Part shown: one piece after another, positions 1 through 6,621 of the stretch
Layout: every line of letters begins with the position of its first letter
Position numbering within the stretch: position 1 is the first letter of the stretch
Source of the DNA: Myxococcota bacterium
GTDB taxonomy: Bacteria > Myxococcota > SpSt-1050
NCBI GenBank assembly: GCA_049969675.1
Contig: JBMFOP010000093.1
Span: 1 to 11,932, forward strand
Direction of reading: 5' to 3'
DNA: 11,932 nucleotides
Made by a program: the position numbers and the translations under genes
The notes under the pieces: generated by a model
Database searches by the model: none
What the model saw: the letters and a program-made list of their open reading frames with translations, nothing else
What the model was told of the DNA's origin: nothing

Positions 1-58
1 GTTTGATTGAATTTGAGTATAAACATTTGATGTAATTCATAAACTGCTCCTTTGACAT
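1..58 (-). CDS. Possible 5' end of a divergent gene running off the left edge (MSKEQFMNYIKCLYSNSIK...)
   Basis: Minus-strand ATG at 58 is preceded by AAGGAGGGAG. An in-frame ATG at 40 is preceded by AAAGGAG. The frame is open to the window edge. Only 19 codons are visible, so no product can be assigned. Confidence 0.35.
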   Translation of the reverse strand, partial: MSKEQFMNYIKCLYSNSIK

Positions 59-313
59 TTTTTACTCCCTCCTTCCATTTTCTCCTTTTTAGTCTGTCTC
101 GTATCAGGTAGATTGTCTGAGTTGCCAACAGGAAAGGTATTGGAGGTAGTGCAGTTCTCTTTACAGGGGATAAGTATGATGGTATAATGAGTCTCAGGAT
201 GGAAGGGAACAACTGGAAGACAGAGAATATAGAAAATATCAGACTTAATAGGGGGAGTGTATTGAGAGTTGCGATAAAGGTTCCGCTCAAAGGGGAGTTG
301 CAGGGGATAGAGA

Positions 314-393
314 TAGATTCTTTAATCGTAAATTTCTATGCAAAATGCACAGAAGATTTTTATGGCTTTTGGTTTTGGCTATGCCGGAGCAGG
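314..393 (+). repeat. Dispersed non-coding repeat, copy A (inverted relative to copy B at 11806-11884)
   Basis: 314-386 reads TAGATTCTTTAATCGTAAATTTCTATGCAAAATGCACAGAAGATTTTTATGGCTTTTGGTTTTGGCTATGCCG. It aligns to the reverse complement of 11813-11884 with about 63 of 74 columns identical, including perfect 15-bp and 19-bp blocks. Both copies then end in AGG at the same offset. Confidence 0.93.
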
Positions 394-510
394 TAAATAT
401 GAGAAATCTATATAATGTGAAATGTGGTGTTTTAATTTCTTGCCTTATATGACTTGCTGATATTATATATTTGTCTGGCTATTGGGGTGATTGGGGCTTT
501 TTGCAAGGTT

Positions 511-1947
511 ATGAAGAAGATTGAAGATAATGAAATAAATATATCTCCAGAAAATCTCATATTTGTAAACCGTAATTTGCGGCTGAGTTCAATAAAGATG
601 ATCGGTTTTGATATGGATTTTACTCTGGCTATATATAGATACCCAAACTTTGAGATTCTTGCAATGCATAAGACCATTGAGCGACTTGTGGAGAAGGGAT
701 ATCCAGAAGAACTCTTTGAGGGAGGGTATAATGATGACTATGTGATGAGAGGGCTTGTGGTAGATAAACCCAATGGGAATATCCTGAAACTTGATAAGTA
801 CAACTTTGTCCATCGTGCGATGCATGGCAGGAGTATGCTCTCATACGAGGAGCGATATTCAAATTATAGGAATAAGAAGCTTGACCTGTCCTCGGATGAC
901 TTTATGTGGTTGGATACTCTCTTTTCACTACCGGAGCTGGCAATTATTATCAATGCAGTTGAGAATATAAAGACTCAAAAGCGATTTCAGCATTTTAAGT
1001 TTGCTGAGCTAATCACCGATATTAGGAATTCTATTGATGAGGTACATCAGGATTATACATTAAAGAAGATTGTACTTGAGAATATCTCAAGGTATGTAGA
1101 GTACGACCCATTACTCCCGCTGACATTGCATAGATTAAAATCAAATGGCAAGAAACTCTTCTTATTAACAAACTCCTACTGGGAATATACAGATGCGGTG
1201 ATGTCATTTCTCCTGAATAGCAGGATGAAGGAGTATAAAGATTGGACGGGTTATTTTGATATCATTATTGTAGGGGCAAAGAAGCCGCAATTCTTTAACT
1301 CTGATAATATCTTTTATGTAGTAAATCCGGTGAATTCACAGGTGAAGCCGTTGCAGACGATCATTGCATCCTTCATAAAGGGACAGATCTATCAGGGGGG
1401 CAATATCAGTGAGTTTGAGAGGTTGAGCTCTATTAAAGGTGAGCATATTCTCTATGTAGGCGACCATATATACGGAGATATACTCTCATCCAAGAAGAGG
1501 ACTCTCTGGCGTACCTGTATGATTATACCGGAGCTTGAAGAGGAGATCAGGGTCTATATAAAGAACATCGGGGATATCAAGAGGCTTAACAGGATGGAGA
1601 TGAAGAGTATTATGCTGGACAGAGAGATAAATACTATGCGATATAATCTGAAGAATGGTAATTCATCTTTGAGAAGGTACTTAGAGAAGAAGAAGAAGAG
1701 ACATCGTAATCTCATTCAGTTGATAGGTAGAAAGAGGGAGGAGATATTTAACAGGTTCAATCCGAAGTGGGGTTCATTGTTAAGGGAGGAGAATGAATTA
1801 TCCAAATTCGGTGCGCAGATTGAAGACTATGCCTGTGTCTATACCTCACGTGTCTCAAATTTCTTTCATATCTCTCCCGAACAGTACCTTGTCTCTCCGC
1901 CAAAACTACTACCTCACGAACTGGAGATTGAGGAGCTTTTGAGATAG
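511..1947 (+). CDS. HAD-superfamily subfamily IG 5'-nucleotidase (cN-II/NT5C2-like purine nucleotidase)
   Basis: HAD motif I GFDMDFTL, motif II LLTNS, motif III AKKP and motif IV YVGDHIYGD are present. Family-typical segments IFVNR, RGLVVD..GNILKLD, DTLFSLPE, WRTCMIIPELEEE and YACVYTSRVSNF are also present. I prefer the start at ATG 511 (MKKIEDNEINISPENLIFVNR) over 454, because the extra 19 codons lie in AT-rich promoter-like DNA. Confidence 0.92.
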   Translation: MKKIEDNEINISPENLIFVNRNLRLSSIKMIGFDMDFTLAIYRYPNFEILAMHKTIERLVEKGYPEELFEGGYNDDYVMRGLVVDKPNGNILKLDKYNFVHRAMHGRSMLSYEERYSNYRNKKLDLSSDDFMWLDTLFSLPELAIIINAVENIKTQKRFQHFKFAELITDIRNSIDEVHQDYTLKKIVLENISRYVEYDPLLPLTLHRLKSNGKKLFLLTNSYWEYTDAVMSFLLNSRMKEYKDWTGYFDIIIVGAKKPQFFNSDNIFYVVNPVNSQVKPLQTIIASFIKGQIYQGGNISEFERLSSIKGEHILYVGDHIYGDILSSKKRTLWRTCMIIPELEEEIRVYIKNIGDIKRLNRMEMKSIMLDREINTMRYNLKNGNSSLRRYLEKKKKRHRNLIQLIGRKREEIFNRFNPKWGSLLREENELSKFGAQIEDYACVYTSRVSNFFHISPEQYLVSPPKLLPHELEIEELLR

Positions 1948-1963
1948 ACTTTATGTTTTTGTG

Positions 1964-1992
1964 TTTACACACACGGATTAAAGTATTATAAA
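1964..1992 (+). promoter_or_regulatory. Putative sigma70-type promoter for gatCAB-mtnA
   Basis: TTTACA (1964-1969), 17-nt spacer, TATAAA (1987-1992), about 53 nt upstream of gatC. A GAGGTG Shine-Dalgarno precedes the ATG at 2046. Confidence 0.55.
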
Positions 1993-2045
1993 AGGTGGTT
2001 TGAATGTGATGAATGTTTTTAATTCTTTTCTTGTGAGGTGAAGAG

Positions 2046-2342
2046 ATGAGTAAGATAGTAGTGGATGAGAATTTGATAGAGCATCTCTGTAATCTTTCAA
2101 TGCTCAATATAAAGAAGGAAGAATATGAGAAATTCAAGGTACAGATTCAGGAGATATTGGACTATTTCGGTATGCTGGATGAACTGAATACAGTCGGAGT
2201 TGAGCCGATGTTTGGAGGCATAGAGTGTCCTTCTACATTGAGACTGGATACCACTCAGGAGCCACTCCCAAGGATGAGGGCTATCCAGAATGCCCCATCA
2301 GAGAAGGAGGGACTCTTTGAGATTCCTAAAGTAATAGAATAG
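2046..2342 (+). CDS. gatC: Asp-tRNA(Asn)/Glu-tRNA(Gln) amidotransferase subunit C
   Basis: 98 aa with the GatC pattern IEHLCNLSML...ILDYFGMLDELNTVGVEP...LRLD...NAP..KEGLFEIPKVIE. It lies directly upstream of gatA and gatB. Confidence 0.95.
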   Translation: MSKIVVDENLIEHLCNLSMLNIKKEEYEKFKVQIQEILDYFGMLDELNTVGVEPMFGGIECPSTLRLDTTQEPLPRMRAIQNAPSEKEGLFEIPKVIE

Positions 2343-2362
2343 AGTTTAGTTGAGGTGATTTT

Positions 2363-3832
2363 ATGGATATTTCAAGACTCGGTATATTTGAGATAAAGAG
2401 ATTATTATTGAGGAGGGAGATAAGCTGCACAGAGCTTCTAAAGTTATACATTGAGAGGGCACATAGACTCAATCCTCTCTTAAATGCCTTTATTACTGTT
2501 TGTGAGGAATCAGCCCTTCTGGAGGCGAGAAATATAGATGAAAATCTGAGTAAGAATAAGGAGGACATAAGACCGCTTGAGGGAGTGCCTATCGCGATAA
2601 AGGATATCTTTGTGACACAGAATGTGAAGACGACCTGTGGTTCAAAGATACTTGAAAATTTTATCCCGCCTTTTGATTCTACAGTAGTAAAGAGGTTAAA
2701 GGATTCTGGAGCCATAATTTTTGGGAAGCTCAATATGGATGAGTTTGCGATGGGCTCATCAAATGAGAACTCTTATTTTGGGGCTGTCAGAAACCCGTTC
2801 TCACCAGATAGAACTCCGGGTGGCTCATCAGGCGGCTCTGCGGCTGCCGTTGCGGCTGGAATGACACCAGCCTCAATAGGTACGGATACCGGTGGCTCCA
2901 TCAGACAGCCAGCGGCATTCTGCGGGATTATAGGTATGAAACCCTCTTATGGAAGGGTTAGCAGATACGGGATGATTGCGTTTGCCTCCTCTCTCGACCA
3001 GGCCGGCCCTATGTGCAGGAGTGTGAGAGATTGTGCGATCCTGCTTGAAAGCATTGCGGGGAATGACCCGAAGGATTCAACGACTATGTCCACACCTGTC
3101 CCGCATTACACAGAGTGGATAAATGGTGACCCATCTGGTATCAGAATCGGGGTATTGAAATCAGAAGTCTATTCGGGGGTAAATTCAGATGTGATGAGGG
3201 CATATGAGAATGTAATAAAACTCTTCGAAAAGAATGACATTCCTATTGAGGAGATAGAGCTCCCACACATGAAATATGCCGTTGCAGTCTATTATCTCAT
3301 TGCTACATCAGAGGCATCCTCCAATCTCTCAAGATATGATGGTGTTAGATATGGATACAGGGCGGGCGACTATGATGGGCTAAAAGATATGTATAAGAAG
3401 ACCCGTATGGAAGGTTTTGGAGATGAGGTGAAGAGGAGGATTATACTCGGGACATTTGCACTCAGCAGTGGCTATTATGATGCGTTCTTTAAAAAGGCAT
3501 CTCAGGTGAGAAGGTTGATTACAAATGATTTTTATAGGGCATTCTCAAGAGTAAATACCATTTTAATGCCAGTGACCCCGGATGTAGCATTTAAACTTGG
3601 AGAGAGAGTATCTGACCCTCTTACGATGTATCTCTCAGATATCTTTACAATACCAGTCAATCTTGCGGGACTCCCTGCTATCTCTATGCCGGCGACTTTA
3701 AGTTCTGAGGGTTTACCGATTGGTATTCAATTTATCGGGAAGCCTTTTGATGAACACTCTCTTTTGAATGTGGCGGCATTTTATGAACGTGAATCACAAT
3801 GTATGAAGATTCTTGAAGGGGTGAATATATGA
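2363..3832 (+). CDS. gatA: Asp-tRNA(Asn)/Glu-tRNA(Gln) amidotransferase subunit A (amidase signature family)
   Basis: GVPIAIKD (catalytic Lys), GKLNMDEFAMGSS, PGGSSGGSAAAVAA and GTDTGGSIRQPAAFCG (Ser-cisSer-Lys triad). GatA-specific EASSNLSRYDGVRYG and GFGDEVKRRIILGTFALSSGYYDA. GAGGTGA RBS. Confidence 0.98.
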   Translation: MDISRLGIFEIKRLLLRREISCTELLKLYIERAHRLNPLLNAFITVCEESALLEARNIDENLSKNKEDIRPLEGVPIAIKDIFVTQNVKTTCGSKILENFIPPFDSTVVKRLKDSGAIIFGKLNMDEFAMGSSNENSYFGAVRNPFSPDRTPGGSSGGSAAAVAAGMTPASIGTDTGGSIRQPAAFCGIIGMKPSYGRVSRYGMIAFASSLDQAGPMCRSVRDCAILLESIAGNDPKDSTTMSTPVPHYTEWINGDPSGIRIGVLKSEVYSGVNSDVMRAYENVIKLFEKNDIPIEEIELPHMKYAVAVYYLIATSEASSNLSRYDGVRYGYRAGDYDGLKDMYKKTRMEGFGDEVKRRIILGTFALSSGYYDAFFKKASQVRRLITNDFYRAFSRVNTILMPVTPDVAFKLGERVSDPLTMYLSDIFTIPVNLAGLPAISMPATLSSEGLPIGIQFIGKPFDEHSLLNVAAFYERESQCMKILEGVNI

Positions 3833-5274
3833 AATATGAGGCCATAATAGGTCTGGAGGTGCATGCACAACTCAAGACCAGAAGCAAGATATTCTGTGGG
3901 TGTCCCAATGAGTTTGGTGCAAATCCAAATACAAATGTATGTCCGGTCTGTCTCGGGATGCCCGGGGTATTGCCGGTTCTCAATAGATTTGCTGTAGAAC
4001 TTGCTGTAAGAGCAGCACTTGCCCTCAATTGTAAGATTCATAGAGAGAGTCGTTTTGCAAGGAAGAACTATTTCTATCCGGACCTTCCAAAGGGCTATCA
4101 GATTACTCAATATGATAAGCCACTTGCAACAGATGGATTCCTTGAGATAGAGACAGAATCTGGTTTGAAAAAGATAAGAATTAATAGAATACACATTGAA
4201 GAGGATGCCGGTAAAGACCTGCACGATATCTCCCCTGAGTTTAGTTACATTGATTTTAACAGGGCGGGAGTGCCTCTGATAGAGATTGTCTCAGAGCCCG
4301 ATATATCGTCTCCAGAAGAGGCATCTAAGTATCTCAAGACATTGAGGAATATTCTTGTGTATCTGGATGTCTGTGATGGGAATATGGAGGCGGGGTCACT
4401 CAGGTGTGATGCAAATATCTCTGTAAGGGAGGTAGGTTCCAGAGGCTTTGGCACAAAGACCGAGGTTAAGAATCTAAATTCATTTAAGTTTGTTGAGAAG
4501 GCGCTTTCGTATGAGATTGAGAGGCATATCTCTCTCATTGAGAAGAATGTCAGGATTGAGCGACAGACTATGTTGTTTGATTCCAGAGAGAATATAACGA
4601 GGCCAATGAGGTCCAAAGAGGAGAGCCACGATTATAGATATTTTGAGGAGCCAGACCTCCTCCCATTGATACTTACCGATGAAGAGATTGATTCATATAG
4701 AGAGGATATATGTGAGCTCCCGCATCAGAAGAAGAAGAGATACATTAAGGAATTGGGACTTACAAATTACGAGGCAGAGATTCTGGTGCAGGATAAGGGT
4801 GTTGCAGAGTTTTTTGAAGACTCTGTATCTCTTTTGAATGAACCAAAACAGATTGCATCGTGGATAATAAATGATTATATGAGGGAACTCAATTCAAGAA
4901 AAATTGATATTAAACAATCTCCTGTGACACCCAATAAACTTGTCTCACTGATAAAGCATCTTCTTGAGAAGAAAATCACTCTGAATATGGCTCGTGAAAT
5001 CTTTGTAATTCTTTTTGAGGAGGGTGGAGATGTGCAGGAGATAATTGCTAAAAGGGGATATGAGATAGTGGATGATACAGAGGCGATTCTAAAGAATATA
5101 AGAGAGATACTCTCCTCACATCCTGATGAACTGGCGAAATATAAGAAAGGGAATCAGAATCTGTTGGGGTTTTTCATAGGTGAACTTATGAAGAGGATGA
5201 AGGGGAAGATAGACCCTAAAAAGGCAAGAGATATGATAAGGGATGAACTGGATAAGGCACAGGGAGGGGTATGA
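3829..5274 (+). CDS. gatB: Asp-tRNA(Asn)/Glu-tRNA(Gln) amidotransferase subunit B
   Basis: IGLEVHAQL, CPVCLGMPGVLP, RKNYFYPDLPKGYQITQ, HIEEDAGK, DFNRAGVPLIEIVSEP, LRCDANIS, TEVKNLNSF and MRSKEESHDYRYF, plus a C-terminal YqeY-like tail. ATGA overlap with the gatA stop. Confidence 0.98.
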   Translation: MKYEAIIGLEVHAQLKTRSKIFCGCPNEFGANPNTNVCPVCLGMPGVLPVLNRFAVELAVRAALALNCKIHRESRFARKNYFYPDLPKGYQITQYDKPLATDGFLEIETESGLKKIRINRIHIEEDAGKDLHDISPEFSYIDFNRAGVPLIEIVSEPDISSPEEASKYLKTLRNILVYLDVCDGNMEAGSLRCDANISVREVGSRGFGTKTEVKNLNSFKFVEKALSYEIERHISLIEKNVRIERQTMLFDSRENITRPMRSKEESHDYRYFEEPDLLPLILTDEEIDSYREDICELPHQKKKRYIKELGLTNYEAEILVQDKGVAEFFEDSVSLLNEPKQIASWIINDYMRELNSRKIDIKQSPVTPNKLVSLIKHLLEKKITLNMAREIFVILFEEGGDVQEIIAKRGYEIVDDTEAILKNIREILSSHPDELAKYKKGNQNLLGFFIGELMKRMKGKIDPKKARDMIRDELDKAQGGV

Positions 5275-6335
5275 AGGAGTTAGCTCCACTTATATGGAAA
5301 GAGAAGAGGCTCTTTGTCGTTGATCAGAGATTGCTGCCTCATCAGGAGAGATGGATTGAATTAAAGGATGAGAAGGATGTATATAAAGCCATAAAAGATA
5401 TGGTAATTCGTGGCGCCCCTGCTATTGGAATTGTAGCGGCATTTGGCTTCTTGCTGGGGGTCAGAAATCTCAAATTGTCCGATGATGATAAATTAAGAAT
5501 TAGGATTAGAGAGATTGGAGAATATCTCAGGTCTGCAAGACCCACTGCCATCAATCTGAGCTGGGCTATAGAGAGGATGCTCAAAAGGACACTTAAATGG
5601 CTTGCGAATAAAAGAGGAAGTCTTATTACAATATTGGAATCTGAGGCTACCTCTATTTTGAGAGAAGATATAAAGACCAATCGCAGGATAGGATATTTCG
5701 GGAATAGATTGATCCCAGAGAAGGCGACAATACTTACACATTGTAATGCGGGTGCACTTGCAGTCGGTGGATATGGGACAGCAATAGGTGTGATAAGATC
5801 GGCATTTGAATCAGGGAAGGAGATTACTGTCTTTGTGGATGAGACAAGGCCATATCTACAGGGGGCAAGGCTTACCTCTTATGAATTGAAGAGATTGGGT
5901 ATCAGGCACTATATCATTACTGACAATACAGCAGGGTACCTGATGAACAGGAAGTTGGTTGACCTTGTGATAACAGGTGCGGACAGGATTGTGAGAAATG
6001 GTGATACTGCAAATAAGATAGGGACATACTCTATTGCAGTCCTTGCAAAAGAGAACAAAGTCCCATTCTATATCGCGGCACCCATCTCCACATTTGATCT
6101 TACGAAAGAGAGTGGTGAGGAGATTCCCATTGAAGAGAGGGATTCAGAAGAGGTATTAAATATTTCTGGAAGAAGGATCGCCCCCAGAGGGGTTAGGGCC
6201 CTTCATCTCGGATTTGATGTAACCCCAGCAAAATATATAAAGGCGATTATTACAGAGAAGGGGATAATCTACCCACCTTATAGAAGAAATATCCTTAAGA
6301 TAAGAGAGAGAACTGAATTAAATAGTAAAAGATAG
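5271..6335 (+). CDS. mtnA: S-methyl-5-thioribose-1-phosphate isomerase (eIF-2B alpha/beta/delta-like family)
   Basis: DQRLLP, MVIRGAPAIG, ARPTAINL, LTHCNAGALA (catalytic Cys), DETRPYLQGARLT, GADRI (catalytic Asp), ANKIGTY, IEER and FDVTP. ATGA overlap with the gatB stop. Confidence 0.95.
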   Translation: MKELAPLIWKEKRLFVVDQRLLPHQERWIELKDEKDVYKAIKDMVIRGAPAIGIVAAFGFLLGVRNLKLSDDDKLRIRIREIGEYLRSARPTAINLSWAIERMLKRTLKWLANKRGSLITILESEATSILREDIKTNRRIGYFGNRLIPEKATILTHCNAGALAVGGYGTAIGVIRSAFESGKEITVFVDETRPYLQGARLTSYELKRLGIRHYIITDNTAGYLMNRKLVDLVITGADRIVRNGDTANKIGTYSIAVLAKENKVPFYIAAPISTFDLTKESGEEIPIEERDSEEVLNISGRRIAPRGVRALHLGFDVTPAKYIKAIITEKGIIYPPYRRNILKIRERTELNSKR

Positions 6336-6349
6336 TTTAATTTTCATTT

Positions 6350-6381
6350 TGCCTGAGGATTTATAGGCATTTGTGTATTTT
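6350..6381 (+). terminator. Weak candidate intrinsic terminator after mtnA
   Basis: TGCCTG, 8-nt loop, TAGGCA forms a 6-bp stem with one G-U pair. It is followed by TTTGTGTATTTT and starts 15 nt after the mtnA stop. The stem is short. Confidence 0.3.
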
Positions 6382-6576
6382 AACTATACCCCAAAGGTCA
6401 AAATCATTCTGATAATGATAGATATAGAATGAAAAAAGGCATTGATAAAAGGGTGAAGATTATGTACTTGTTAGAGGAGAGGGTCAGAAATGCCTATTCA
6501 GGTCAAAGATGCATTCCACCACCAAATTATTTTGTTCATGATATGATTTTGGAGGGATGTAAATTGAATTTATATT

Positions 6577-6621
6577 TGATATAATTTATGTTAATCTACA
6601 TTCACTTTCATAGGAGGTGAT
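6577..6621 (+). promoter_or_regulatory. Extended -10 promoter and strong RBS for the GH57 lipoprotein gene
   Basis: TGaTATAAT (6577-6585) is a perfect TGnTATAAT. AGGAGGTGAT (6612-6621) directly precedes the ATG at 6622. There is no good -35 at 17-nt spacing. Confidence 0.55.

Noticed and set aside
119..301. GAGTTGC occurring three times (119, 266, 295)
   Set aside because: A 7-mer with irregular spacing. It is not convincing beyond the 264-283 arm already reported.
314..393. Repeat interpreted as an integron attC site or a CRISPR repeat
   Set aside because: There is no RYYYAAC...GTTRRRY core pair (the ends are GAGCAGG and AATTAGG). The copies are inverted and 11.4 kb apart rather than tandem, and there are no spacers, cas genes or integrase.
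440..466. Possible promoter TTGCCT...TGaTATTAT for the nucleotidase
   Set aside because: The -35/-10 spacing is 15 nt, and several equally good AT-rich alternatives exist nearby. It is not distinctive enough to call.
454..510. Hydrophobic N-terminal extension of the nucleotidase ORF (MLILYICLAIGVIGAFCKV), resembling a signal peptide
   Set aside because: The family is cytosolic and similarity begins after Met at 511. There is no RBS before 454 and the region is AT-rich and promoter-like, so this is probably an artefact of longest-ORF calling.
6429..6584. 51-codon intergenic ORF (MKKGIDKRVKIMYLLEERVRNAYSGQRCIPPPNYFVHDMILEGCKLNLYLI)
   Set aside because: No Shine-Dalgarno and no recognisable motif, and it overlaps the likely promoter of the next gene. 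It cannot be supported without homologs.
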